Source: Malacoraja senta (taxonomy: Eukaryota). Taken from it: a stretch of DNA of 64,000 bases. The stretch lies in the NCBI GenBank assembly GCA_038087875.1, contig CM076001.1, forward strand, positions 1,304,001 to 1,368,000. The letters run 5' to 3'. A model generated the notes under the pieces. The model made no database searches. It saw nothing but the letters and a program-made list of their open reading frames with translations, and was not told the origin of the DNA. Both the position numbers and the translations under genes were made by a program. Positions 51,201-64,000 of the stretch are shown in pieces; positions within the stretch are counted from its first letter, which is position 1; every line of letters starts with the position of its first letter.

Positions 51201-52179
51201 TCACGTTCGGCTATTTATTTCAATGCTATGCTGCGAGCAATGGATTTTTCTTCCCGGGGTGAAATGTGCAAACAGGGTCATTTCACCTCATTCCAGAAAT
51301 TTGAGTTGGCAATTTTTAACTTGAGTCACATTTTATATCTGGTGTAATTTCTGTGTCAGGTCCACATCAAATGGCATAATTCCCCATGTAATGTGCCTTT
51401 TGACGTTTCACTGGGGAAATTACACAGTTTTGTTCCAAGCAACTCATCCTGAACAAACACACTGTACTGAACTAGAAATCTATCCTTCAGTCTCCCATCC
51501 ACTCCTGTTCCAAACTCACACTCTCACCCACTAATCTTGCATATTGTTGGGTGCATTTCTGAAACACAAACTACCTGATACCTTCCCCAAACCGGTTGTC
51601 AAGCCTACACACTACTCACCAACCACCACCTCCTCATCCCTGTAACTTCCCAATTTAGGCTTCAATCTCCCAGAGCATCTCACCACTCCCACCCCTAATG
51701 TCTAACCATCTGGACTACATGCTCCACATTAGCACTAATCAGACCTCCAAAGTCAGCCCCTATGTCTCACCCTCCATCCATCCATGTGGCTCCAACACTC
51801 TTGGTCTCAATATCAATGCCAGCATTTCAGTAAAAAAGGCATGAAGGGCAAATAGGTAGTGAATTAGTGGTTTGGACCCATCAGAAGAATATCGGGTGAA
51901 GAATATAACACTGTTGTTTGCTTCTGTCCATTTTGTGCTTTGTCAAAGTCAAATTTTACCCTCTATAAGTTTTAATATAGCTAAGAGGAAGCATTACAAT
52001 AAAATGGATGAGCTGATAGATCAATAATTTGGTTCATATAAAGATGTTTACCTTATGGAGTTCAATATATGATGATGCTAAAAATTTATCATCTTTGTCA
52101 TGAGAGTCAAGTTGTTCAGAAGGACTTAGATACATTTGAAAGAGAGTTAAAGTAAAGAATAACTAATAACAAACAAGAA

Positions 52180-52308
52180 CAGTGGCGGACTGGCCAGGGT
52201 GTCAGCTTGCCCGATGGCAAGTGGGCCCCTGATGAAGTGGGCCCCCTATATCAAGTGGGCCCCCTTTGTCTCCTGGCAACCAATATTTTTAGACCCAGTA
52301 CGCCACTG
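52180..52308. mobile_element. hAT-type MITE (129 bp)
   Basis: TIR cagtggcggactgg / ccagtacgccactg; perfect 8-bp TSD aacaagaa (52172-52179, 52309-52316); three internal aagtgggcccc repeats. Confidence 0.92.
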
Positions 52309-53077
52309 AACAAGAATAACTAATTACAAGCAAGGCTGAAAAGATGTGTGTTGCCATGTGGAAGTTTGGCTTCACTCCATTGAAATAGGGTTGTGAAATA
52401 CAGCATGCAGGTACTATCGTATCTTACATTTAACTCCACTGATTCTGGCTGTAAAATTACTTCCCATTTCCATCTGAATACCCCCACTTCCAAACACCAC
52501 CAGCAACTGGTGCCTCAGCTCGTCAGTGAGTGGAACCATCATTAATACTTTTGTCACCTACAGTTTTTACTATACCAAGTGTCAACTGTTCACAGGACAT
52601 CTTAAGGACTTAAGATGGTGGACTAGAGAGCAACATTTTCTCAAATTTATCTGAAAAGATAGTGCCTTATAAAAATGTGAAATTAACAAACAAAGTTGTG
52701 ACAAATGGTTTAAAGATAGTAAAGTGTGAGATTATCAATTTCTGAGCAAAAAACGAGCACAAAATCACTAGCCTGGTATTTTTTTTCAAATCGTGGAATT
52801 TCAAAGGGAAAACCTACCAGTGCCTATACATAGTCTGTCATGGAGAAGTACAAAACAATCCAAAGAGTCCAAAAATGTTTGTCTTTGTACTTGGAGGTCA
52901 AGAACACAAGGGGTCATGACAAAAAGTTATGCTACAGCAGTGCAAATTCTAGTTAGACTAGACCAGAAGTACTCCATTCAGTTCTTGTCAGTGCCCTATG
53001 GTGGTGTATCAATAAATTATTTCCTCAACCTACGTTAGAGAGAAGCTACTAAAATGCAACTAGATCTGTAACTTTGC

Positions 53078-54216
53078 TTTGAAAATGCAATGCTAAATAA
53101 GATGAGAACCCATGGTATTGGAGGGAGGATACTAGCATGGATAGACGATTGGTTGACTGGCAGAAGAGTGGGAATAAAGGGGGCTTTCTCTGGTTGGCCA
53201 GCAGTGATTAATAGTGTTCCGTATGGGTCGGAGTTGGGTCCACTACTTTTCACACATTATGTAAATGATTTAGATGGTGGAATTGGCGGCTTTATAGCCA
53301 GTTTTTCAGACGATTCGAAGATAGGTTGCAGGGCAGGTAATGTAGCGGAAGCAGGGAGTCTGCAGGACTTGACATGTTGAGAGAGTGGGCAAAATGGCAG
53401 ATAGAATACAGTGTAGCAAAGTATGTGGTCATGCACTTTTGTAGCAGGAATAAAGGTGTAGACTATTTTCGAAATCGGGAGAGGATTCAGAAATAGGAGG
53501 TACAAAGGAACTTGGGAGTGCTGGTACAGGTTTCCCAAAAGGTTAATTTGCAGGTTGAATCAATAGTAAGGAAGGCAAATGCAATGTTAGCATTAGCATT
53601 TGAGAGGACCTGAATATAAAAGCAGGGATGTAATCTTCAGGCTTTATCAGACACTGGTCAGACTGCATTTGGAGTATTGTGAGCAATATTGGGCCCCATA
53701 TCTGAGGAGGGATGTGCTAGCGTTGTAGAGGGTCCAGAGGAGGTTTACAAGAATGATACCGGGATGATTGGGTTAACGTAATATGAGCGATTGGCAGCTC
53801 TGGGCCTGTACTTGCTGAAGTTTAGGAAAATGAGGGAGGAATCTCAGTGACACGTACTGAATAATGAATGGCCTGCATAGTGTGGATGTGGTGAGGTGTT
53901 TCCACTAATGGGATAGTCTAGGACCAGATGCACAGCCTCAGAATAAAAGGATGTACCCTTAGAAAGGAGATGAGGAGAAATTTCCCTAGCCAGAGGGTGG
54001 CGAATCTGTATAATTCATTGCCACAGACAGCTGTGGAGGCCAAGTCTTTGGGTATTTTTAAAGTGGAGATTGATAAGTTCTTGATTAGTAAGGGTATCAA
54101 AGGTGGAGGGAAGGCAGGAGAATGTGATTGAGAGGTAATGATAGATTAGCTGTGCTTGAATGGCGGAATAAACTCGATGGGCCGAATGGCTTAATTCTGC
54201 TCCTATGATTTATGAA
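53078..54216 (+). mobile_element. CR1 LINE RT/3' fragment, decayed
   Basis: HGIGGRILAWIDDWL, VPYGSELGPLLF..YVNDLD, FSDDSK, NLYNSLPQ; CR1 tail. Confidence 0.9.
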
Positions 54217-54474
54217 CTACAAATATCAAAACTGGGCCAGAAAATGTGATTATAAAATGTTATAAAATGGCAATTGGGCTGGTAGTTAATTTATCTTCCA
54301 TCAGAACCAAACTCTGGCCCAATCCATCCGCAGATAAAATCTCGTGCATGCATTTTGGACTTGACTTTTCTACTATCTCTCATTTCTCAACCAATATAAT
54401 TTCAAACAAAACTCCCATCAGTTCAAGTTCACTCAAAATCCCTGTACTGGCTACTCTATATTGGCACAAACCCA

Positions 54475-54615
54475 AAATACCTTGGATGCTGGAAGTCTGA
54501 AAGAAGCAGAAAATCCTGTCGGATGAATTGAATTAGCAGGTCATACACTTGTGGAGAGAGAAACATAGTTCAAGTGTCTGGTTGAAAACCTTTCATCAGA
54601 ACCAGGAAATGTTAG
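54475..54615 (-). mobile_element. Old Penelope pLTR fragment
   Basis: ggatgctggaagtctgaa...gtggagagagaaaca...cctttcatcagaac. Confidence 0.5.
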
Positions 54616-54624
54616 GGACCTCCA

Positions 54625-54830
54625 ACCTTAATATTGCCCTTCCACCACAACCCTATGTCTTCTATCAGTAAACCAGTTCTGAATCCCGAAAACCAAGTCA
54701 TTGTTAATCCCGTGCATCTTAATCTTCTGGATCAGCCTACCATGGGGGACTTTATCGGATGCCTTAATAAAATCCATGTAAACATTTATCGCCGTACCCA
54801 CATTGATCACCTTTGTCACCTCAAAAAACG
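54625..54830 (-). mobile_element. CR1 RT internal fragment
   Basis: VYMDFIKASDKVPHGRLIQKIKMHGI...WFTDRRHRVVVEG. Confidence 0.85.
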
Positions 54831-55784
54831 TGAAGAAAATTGAGGGAAAGAAAGGTGTATTCTATATAATATGTGCAGCAGAATCTTTAATTGTGTTCTT
54901 TGGAGATGCATTTATAATTTTGCATCAACTGGCACATTATCTTCAACTGTAGAAGCTTCAGTGATAGGAGCCCTTCAGAGCAAAACAGTATTTGCACTAC
55001 AGAGTAATTACTTGTATGAAAGACGTTCTGCTGTTCATTTCAGCTTTTCCAAAAGAATACATCGAAACTACAATAATACTTACAGTATGTCAGTGAACTA
55101 CATGATGAATAGAAATTGGTTTAACAGCATCATAATTAAATAGCTTAATTAGTGTGTTAAAGGCGGCTCAGTTTCCATAAAAATGGAGATGGTTTTATTT
55201 AGTTTTGTAAAAATCAATGTATAAAGTTTGATAAACTGGCAAATTTGGCATTTACTGTAACCACATCACAATGTACTAATTGTATAATGTGACATCATGA
55301 TCAGTAGTCATCAAACATCTAACATTTTGAATTCGCCTTGCCTTTCAAATTTGGCATTAAATATTTAATTCCTGCAATGTAATATAATAATGGTAACCTT
55401 TCTGTCTGGAATGTCTTTGCTATAAACTCGTACACTTTCATTTAATCCTTTTGTGTTGACTCAGCTCAGAAATTTATTGCCAGAACTCAGAAGTTAGATG
55501 TAGAGGCAACACTTTACATATACATACTGGACAAAAACGGACTTTTACTTGAGCAAAAGAATCACACTCAACAAGAATTTGGAAGATAAAAATAATTATA
55601 AGAAGATAAAATTAAATAACATTTTGGTACCACTGGGCAAAATATCTGACACCTGAATGTGCACATAATTTAATTCTAACCATTTGGAAGCCATAATTAA
55701 ATCAATTGCAGGTACAATCTATTCTGTAGAGAATAAGATCAACATGAGAATAATAAACCTTCAATCAACAACTTTAGAACATGG

Positions 55785-56195
55785 AATAACTGAGATCAGT
55801 ATAGCACAAGAACAGGCCATTCTGCCCACAATGCCTGTGCCGACCACAATGCCAGATTCAACTGCCTATCTGCCTGCACGCGGTCCATATCCCTCAATTC
55901 CCTGCCTGTGCATATGTCTGTCTAAATGGCTCTTTAACTTTGCTTTTCTGCTTCTACTAGAAGCATGTTCCAGGGACATACCACACTGTGTTTGAAAACC
56001 TCCCACTCATGTTAAAGCTGTGCTCTCTAGCTTTGTGATTTCCACCTTGATGACCAACCCTGTCAGGGCCTCTCAAATTTTAATATATTTCTATCAGGTC
56101 TCCCCTCACTCTCCGCGCTCCTGAAAAAAGCAAGTAAGTTTGTCCAAACTCTCCTTATAGTTAATACTGTAATCCAGAAAACATCCCTGTGAATG
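55785..56195 (-). mobile_element. CR1-type 3' fragment
   Basis: aacaggccattctgcccaca...tctatcaggtctcccctcactctcc...aacatccctgtgaat. Confidence 0.65.
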
Positions 56196-56219
56196 TTAGG
56201 GGAGGAATGTTAGGAACAG

Positions 56220-56372
56220 TTAGATATAGCTCTTAAGGCTAACAGAATCAAAGAACATGGGGAGAAAGCAGGAACGGGGTACTGATTTTGGATGATCAGC
56301 CATGATCATATTGAATGGTTCTTGGTGCTGGCTCAAAGGGCCAAATGGTCTACTCCTGCACCTATTGTCTAT
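56220..56372 (+). mobile_element. CR1 3' tail fragment
   Basis: tagatatagctctta...ggggagaaagcaggaacggggtactgattttggatgatcagccatgatc...cctattgtctat. Confidence 0.8.
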
Positions 56373-58329
56373 GTGAACATCTATTACGCCTTTTTCAAAG
56401 CATCCACAGCTTTCCTGCAATGCAGTGACCTGAACTGCACACAGTGAGCAAGGATTTACAGTATTGCACACAATTGTAAGCACACAATTTAGTAAAGAAG
56501 TCAATGTGAAACTTATTCATGCAATAAGCTTTTAGGATTTGGAATGGGCTACCTGATGGGATGCTAGGGACAGCTTCAATAGCAGCCTTCAAAAAGCAAT
56601 TAGGTAAGTAGTTAAACCAAAGAAAAATAGCAGCAATACCCCCAAAGAGTGTGAAATAGCACTGACTGGATTGAATAAGGAATAACATGAACCTGATGGG
56701 GCCCAAAGATCTCCTTATAATGGCATAGAAATAGGCCTTTCGCCCATCAGACTCATGCCATCTCCCAGGGATGCAATCCCACTAACTACATTCTGACACT
56801 AGGGTGGTGATAGTGGCCTTTACCTGCAAATAGGGATAGTAAATTCAATGCAGAAGCACAAAAATGGAGTCTGAATAAAGGGTTGCAACAACACAGCATC
56901 ATAACATGATAATCAAAAGGAAGGTGTTATTAGCACTCCAAGGCTTCAGGAACTCTTCTCTACAAAAAAATGGGTCTACTTATTTTAAGGATCTATCAGC
57001 TGATGTGTGCGTAATGTGCAGACCTTAAATAACAAAAGCAGAAGAAAACCACGCTTGTTGAAGAAAGCAGCCAAGACTCCGCACTTACTTGTGATGCCTC
57101 AAGACTGCCTGCTGCAGAGTGCTGTCCACCAACGAGGTACTGCCTGGCCATTAAAGCATCACAGAAATGCACTTCCAAGTTTCTCATACTTTATTTGGAC
57201 ATGCATTCAAATAAAAACCTGTGGGAAAGCCATATAATATTCACACACATATTATTGTACACAATGTAACTTTACAAGATATGGTCCCTATCAACACATG
57301 GGCAGATATTTCTAATCGTGTTTCAAAGCACTTCTTCAGCCTCAAGTATACCTGTTGGTCAATTTCTCCTTCCCTTACCACATCAAGAAAAAAACCATAG
57401 TTAGAAAAAGGCCTCAGCTTACTAGTTCTTTATTCCCTTGGAAGGGGCTATCTTTGATATATGCACATCAAAGAGCAGTGAAGAGTTGGGTGAAGGAGAA
57501 GCCACAGATTAGCCCAAGCTCAAAGCCAGTATCCTTCATACCTTGTTCCTCTTCATTCTCACCACCATTCATATTTCTATTCATGCTTATCAGTAATTTG
57601 AATGGAAATTGAAAATCAAAACCAGATAATCCAAAATGAAACCAGAAAGTGCTGGAAACTCAGCAGGTCAGATAGCATCTGTGAAAAGAGAAACGGTTAG
57701 CAATTCAGTTTCTGTGCATGTTTTCAGCACTTTCTGACTCTATTACAATTTTAATAGCACCAGGTTAATATAACTTCAACAATTCAAAATTATGTTAGTA
57801 ACCCACTTCATCACATACATTGTCAACAGGTACAATAACATTTGTATGATTCCAGGTGGAACCAATTTATTTGAATAAGTATCTCTTGCCTTTGTTCCGT
57901 GAGCATTTCCTTCACAAAGTTACGTTTGAGTGTACTGTTTTATGGCTAGAAGTGCAATTGTATTTTGAATTAAAATTTTCATTAACAAAACAGGCTGCAG
58001 TTTAATGTGATATTTATGTCCACAGATGCCATCACATTTAAAAAAACATAAATTGATCCAAGCTTTGCTGGCCACACCATTAAGGAAGTTGCATTTAATC
58101 AAATACAAACAAATGAACCCATTTTCATATCTTGCACTCCAACAGGTGCAAACAAAATAGTCAAAGTATTGAGAACACAGAAAAATCAAAGCAGATGCTG
58201 CTAGAAATGCACATTAGGCTGGTTATTCCTAAGGTAATTTGAACTCGGCTTTATTGGAAATGTTCCATATTTCTATTAGCTGAGTCCATTTTCCTATCTT
58301 GCACTTCCAGTCTTGCCATTTTTATCTAA

Positions 58330-59275
58330 GCCTTTAGATGATGTCAGTTCATCAATCGGTAAAGCATAAAACTTCACCACTGTGGTTGGCTGATTACGAG
58401 TGATGATAAGTCAGTGTACAGGAGAGAGATAGAACACCTGGTTGAATGGTACCGCAACAATAACCTCACACACAACCTCAACAAGACCAAGAAACTAATT
58501 GTTGATTTCAGAAAGGAGAAGTTAGGAGACCATGTGCCAGTTTTCATTGGTAGATCAGCAATAGAGAGTTAGCAGCTTCAAATTCCTAGGCATTAACATC
58601 TCAGGTGCTGTGTCCTGGGCCAGGACATAGATGTAATCATGAAGAAGGTACACCTGCGCTTCTACTTCCTCAGAGTTTAAAGAGATTCAGCATGTCTCTG
58701 ATTACTCTAACAATCTTCTACAGATGTACTGTAGAAAGTATCATGACTGTTCACATAATTCTCTGGTATGGCAATTTCAATGCACAGAAATGCAAGAAGC
58801 TGCAGAAAGCCCAAAACATCACAGGCACTGCCCTCCCCGCCATCGAAAGCATCTACATGAGGTATTACCTCAGTAATGCGAGATCGATCATTAAATCTCC
58901 CACCATCTGGGCCATGCCTTCCTCTCACCACTACCATCGGGAAGGAGGTACAGATGCCTGAAGTCCCACACCACCCGATTTAGGAACAGCTACCTTCCTA
59001 CATCATTCAGGTTTTTGATCCAACCTGCACAACCCTAATCCTACCTCAACAACAGAACACTACAGATTACATGGAGGAACACATCCACTAATTGTGTTTT
59101 GCGCCAATTTTTTTTTTTTTTTTCAGTATCTTTCAGAAATGTTACATATGTTACATATAATTATTTTTTTCTGTGTGTTTAGTCTCTGTGCTCATGATGC
59201 TGCTGTAAGCAACATTTTAATTGTACCAGTTCCTCATCATTCTTATCCAGGTGACAATAAACTACACCTGATGCT
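58330..59275 (+). mobile_element. Rex1/Babar LINE 3' fragment
   Basis: WYRNNNL..NLNKTKKLIVDFRK, SFKFLGI, FYRCTVESI...ILWYGN; same clade as 36967-38645. Confidence 0.82.
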
Positions 59276-59330
59276 GATAATCTAAAACAATAGCAGGGTT
59301 GTGTAAAACTGGAGAGCATAGATTTAAGGT

Positions 59331-59781
59331 AATAGACAATTGACAATAGGTGCAGGAGTAGGCCATTCGGCCCTTCGAGCCAGCACCGCCATTCACTGTG
59401 ATCATGGCTGATCATCCACAATCAGTACCCCATTCCTGCCTTCTCCCCATATCCCTTGACTCCGCTATCTTTAAGAGCTTTATCTAACTCTCTCTTGAAA
59501 GCCTCCAGAGAATTGGCCTCCACTGCCTCCAACTCTCTGTGTGAAAAAGTTTTCCCTCATGTCCGTTCTTAATAGCTTACCCCTTATTGTTAAACTGTGG
59601 CCCCTGGTTCTGGACTCCCCCAACATCAGGAACATGTTTCCTGCCTCTAGCGTGTCCAAACCCTTAATAATCATATATTTCAATAAGATCCCTTCTCATC
59701 CTTCTAAATTCCAGAGTACACAAGCCCAGCCGCTCCATTCTATCAACATATGACAGTCCCGCCACCCTGGGAATTAACCTA
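59331..59781 (-). mobile_element. CR1 3' fragment with (ATTGTCT)n-type tail
   Basis: RLIPRVAGLSY..RMERLGL..LEFRRMRRDLIE; GESRTRGHSL. Confidence 0.88.
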
Positions 59782-60287
59782 GTAACAAGTTGAGCGGAGA
59801 TCCATAGAGGATTTATTTTTCTCGAAAGGGTGGTTGACATTTGGAACACTGTGCCTGAGGCAGAGATTCCCACCACATTTGAGAAGTATTTGGGTGAACA
59901 TTTGAATCACTAAGGCATAGCAGGGTAGGGGCAATATCCTTCACAATGGGTTTAAATGACTACTCGATGGTTGGCATGAACATACGAGGATGAAGGGCAC
60001 ATTTCTATAATGTATGATTCTATGGGTCTGGAAACATAAATTACTGGAAAAAAACTCAGCAGGTTCAACAGAATCCTTGGAGAGAGAATAACAAAGTTTT
60101 AGGCAATGACTCTTGATTAGAACTGGAAAATTGAGGAAAATAAGCATGTTTTAAGTTGCATAAAGGCCTCAGTTTACAAGATCTTTATTTCCTTGGATGT
60201 ATTATATCAAAGGGCATTGAGGAGACAGGGGTTACATGATTACCCCAAGCACAGTCTGTGACAGGGTCCAGGACATTGGTTGTGGAT

Positions 60288-60370
60288 GAGCAGCCATGAT
60301 CATATTGAATGGCGGTGCTGGCTCGAAGGGCCGAATGGCCTACTCCTGCACCTATTGTCTATTGTCTATT
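60288..60370 (+). mobile_element. CR1 3' tail fragment with (ATTGTCT)n tail
   Basis: Near-exact reverse complement of 59331-59410. Confidence 0.85.
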
Positions 60371-61079
60371 GACAATGCTCACGTCTCTTAATTTTCATTT
60401 CTTCATTGTGGTAATGTGGTTTTGAATACAATCTCACTTATCATTATTTCTCCATTCATACAATCTTATTAATAAAGTATTTGTGCATACTGTTATTTTT
60501 GGAAGGAGCACTTTGCCATCTAATTGGAAAGATTGCTTAAATACCACTTTTCACACTGTTGTGTTATAAGTATCCTGAAACACCTGTCCTATTTTATACT
60601 TCCCATCAGCAAAAGAGAACATTTTCAAATGTCGGGCACTTATCTGCATTTTCAGAGCACGACGAACCACCACTCCACTTCCTCTCTACTCCCACAAATT
60701 TCCTTTAGAAACTGGGGTTCCATTTGATTTTGTATTAAAATTAAAATAATTTTCTCACTAAGATAAAATTGTGATTTCATTATTTATGCACAGTTTTAAT
60801 GTCCACACATCAAGCAATAATTTGTCATCTATCTGTTGCTCTCTATCTATAATTTAAACCACAATCCTGTGATTGATTCTGAATAATTACACAAAATTGA
60901 TAACAGTTGTAACATTACAGAAATATATATTGTACCTGTGTTCATGACTTACACAATCGATACACAAATATCATTCAGAGCTGACTACAAATAGTTATTT
61001 CTCAGCCTAGATTGTGTTTCTCAATTCTAATTTGCTGCCTGGTTAAAAACATCCTCATAATGAAATCAGTGGAGGTTTT

Positions 61080-61280
61080 GCTCTGTAATGATGTGACGGA
61101 GAAACAGAACTGCAGATGCTGGAATCTTGAGAAAAACAAAGTGCTGGAGTAACTCAACGAGTCGGGTAGCATCTCTGGAGAACATTGAAAGGCAATATTT
61201 CAGGTAGGGACCTTTTTCTTGAAGCTGAAGAAGGGTCCTACCCGAAACGTCGCCTATCCTTGTCCTCCAGACATTGATGA
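61080..61280. repeat. Inverted pair of Penelope pLTR fragments with hammerhead core at 61225-61251
   Basis: + strand CTGAAGA-A-GGGT-CCT-ACCC-GAAA-CGTC; no convincing stem I. Confidence 0.6.
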
Positions 61281-61354
61281 TGTGATGCTCATTGTCTACA
61301 TTACAAGAGAGGCTCACTGGTCAGCAGAAGGGCTTATGTTCATGCTTAAAATCC

Positions 61355-62950
61355 TGCTTGCCATTTAAGGATAGCAGCACACCAGGACCTGACCAAGTGG
61401 ACCCGAGGATCTTGTGGGAAGCAGGAAAAACAATTGCTAGTGCCATGGCAGAGATTTTTACATCTTCCTTTGCCACAGGGTGGCACAATGGGGCAGTTGG
61501 TAGAGCTGCTGCCTCACAGCACAAGGGACCCAGATTCGATCCTGACCTTGGGTGCTGTTTATGTGGAGTTTGCACGTTTTCCTTGTGACTGCGTGGGTTT
61601 CCTCCTGAGTGGATGAGGAAATGGAATAACAGAATCGGTTAAATGGGTGGACGATGACTCGAAGAGCCTGTTATCATGCTGTATCTTTCACATCAATCAC
61701 AGTTTTCTTAGACTGGATGACGGCTAATGTTATGCCTTTATTTAAAAAGAGCAGCAAGACTAATTACCCATGTGTTGGGTAAGTTTCTGGAGGGGATACT
61801 GAGAGACAGGATTTATCTGTATTGGGAAAGGCATAGACTAATTAGGAATAATCAGCATTGCTTCATGAATCGGAAGTCATGTCTCACAAATTTAATTGAG
61901 TTTTTTGAAGAGGCAACCAAGGGAATTGACAATAGCAGAATGCAGATGGACTCTAGTAAGGATTCTGAGAAGGTCCCATAAGGTCAACTGCTCCAGAAGC
62001 TGAGATCACATGGGATCAAGGGTGGGCTGGTCAGTCGGATACAAACTTGGCTTGGTGGAAGGAGTCAGAGTGATAGTGTAGCATCAGATTGGAGACCTGT
62101 CACCAGTGGAATCGTGGCATTAGGGTGCCTAATCCCATGTTGTGTGTCAATAATTTGGATGAGAATGTAGATGGAAAGATTAGAAAGTTTGCAAACAACA
62201 CTAAAATTGTTAGCATGGTGGATTGTGATGAAGGTTGTCTCAGGTTATATCAAGATTCAGATCTCAACTGGGAAAGACGGCAAAGGAATGGCTTATGGAA
62301 TTTACTAAGACAAATGCATAGTGATGCATTTCGGGAAGTTGAACCAGATCACGACTTACACAGTGAATGACAGTCGACACAAGTAGACGAAAGGGAGAAG
62401 AAGGAGTATAGCATGCCTGCTTTCAGCGGATGGGGCATTGAGTGCAGGTGATGCGGTGTCATGTTATGGGGTGTTTGTAAGACTGTACCTGAAATGCAAT
62501 GTGCTGTTCCGGTAGCCATACTTCAGGAAGGATGGTTTGCACCTAAAGAGGGTGCAGAAAATATTCACATGGATGTTGATGGAACTGACAGGCTGGAGGT
62601 ATATGGAGAGACTTGATAGGCTATGATTGTTTTCCACGAAGCAAAGGAGGCTGAGGGATGAACTTACAGAGGTTTATAAAATCTTGAGGGATGCAGACTT
62701 TTTTCCAGGGTATAGAAGGTTTAAGGTGAGAGGGGGAAGATTTAAAGAGGAACCTGGGCAGCAGGTTTTTCACATAGAGGATGATGGATATATGGAATGA
62801 GCTGCCAGAGGAAGTGGTCGAAGCAAGTACAAGTACAACACTTAGACAGGTTCATGTATAGACAAGATTTAGAGATATGGGCCAACGTAGGCAGTGGGAC
62901 TAACAGGTCGGCAAGGACAGATTCCTTCATTCCATTCTGTATAACTATGA
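61355..62950 (+). mobile_element. Old CR1 LINE fragment interrupted by a SINE
   Basis: STPGPDQVDPRILWE, GKFLEGILRDRIY, QHCF..RKSCLTNLIEFFEE, KFANNTKI. Confidence 0.85.
61478..61697 (+). mobile_element. tRNA-derived V-SINE (HE1-like)
   Basis: tRNA-like head with B-box-like gattcgatcc; V-domain gtggagtttgcacgttttccttgtgactgcgtgggtttcctcc; CR1-like tail. Confidence 0.75.
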
Positions 62951-64000
62951 CATATATCTATGACCAACATTGTCAGTAATCCAGTTAAAGAGGCCCCAAC
63001 AAGGAAGTGTATATTGATGTTTGCAGTTGAGGAGTAGGACTACCATAGTGTCGGTCATGTACACATTGGATTCCTCATTTTTATGCTATATTTCGATACT
63101 TGTCTGTGGCAAGTTGCTCATCAGTTGTATTTAATATCTCTTTGGCATTTATGCAGTTCTGGCTTCTCTCATATCCCCACCACTGTTCAGCAGCCAAATA
63201 GTTAAAATCAACTCCCATTAGCATTAGACTGACAGCTCCCTTATTTCTTTATGACTACCTTTCCCTACTAAACGTTTCCACTGAACTAAATTGTTCCACC
63301 ACCCACCCTCAAATCCATTCTTCGTAATCTTTCTAGGAAGGACAGTGGCACCTTTCACAATCTATTATGGATTTATATTCATTTGTTTCTAAGGAACCTT
63401 ATCAGCTTGTCTGAGCATGAAGCCCCAGTCATTAGCCTTTAGCAAATATTCATTTTTAATCTACAGAGCTTCCTTTATTAATTTTCTGACATCTAAAATA
63501 TTCTTCATGCTGCAAGCTTATTGTTTCCAAAGTAAAAATGACTTTCTTTGAATTCAGCAGGTAAAATCTGCTTTACAAGATTTATTAAATCATTACATAT
63601 TTATATTATTTTACATTGATTCCCGATTCAGTTTTACATTTCTGTAATGCATCTAGCATTTTAGCTACAATTTTCTTTTGTACTAAAATACCTTGGTCAC
63701 AGTCTGCACAGGATATTTATCTAATTTGTGTCTTATATTTTGCATAGATCCATGTCACAATTATTGACTTTCCTTAAAAGTGGAAACACTTGGGCTAGAC
63801 ATTGTGCCATGCCTGTAAGTGCATGTTAAGCTGGCAGTGCACTGCAGACAAACTCTTGCAAGGGTCCCCCTACCTACTGCATTCTGCACAAGGCCCAACG
63901 TGTTGTGTGGAATAACATTAATCTTGCAGGTTTTGTGCACACAAAGGCCGTCGCTTCCATTGCGGAGGGACTTGGCGAGGTGTCAAATCACCAATTGTAA

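Noticed and set aside
61225..61251. Intact hammerhead core as a functional ribozyme
   Set aside because: Flanks (tgaag / gccta) cannot form stem I.

Overview
Eukaryotic, AT-rich, repeat-dense genomic DNA. The repeat content points by inference to a cartilaginous fish, probably a skate or ray: CR1 LINEs, a V-domain tRNA SINE, DeuSINE-like tails and Penelope pseudo-LTRs. No recognisable host protein-coding gene is present, and almost all long ORFs come from LINEs (CR1, Rex1/Babar, Vingi-like, Penelope). The first 29 kb is a nested transposon complex. It holds a decayed Penelope element invaded by Harbinger-type MITEs, and two inverted copies of a TA-flanked TIR element, one carrying a second TIR element that in turn carries a young, internally deleted CR1. 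It also holds a templated inverted insertion and a mini-Penelope with a hammerhead-ribozyme fold. Elsewhere there is a non-autonomous Helitron, a hAT MITE and a TE-poor ~10 kb block (42-52 kb) that may be regulatory. Three phase-compatible minus-strand exon candidates at 12.1-13.6 kb may belong to an unidentified spliced transcript, possibly initiated in a transposon. Family names come from recognising motifs by eye; no database search was run.
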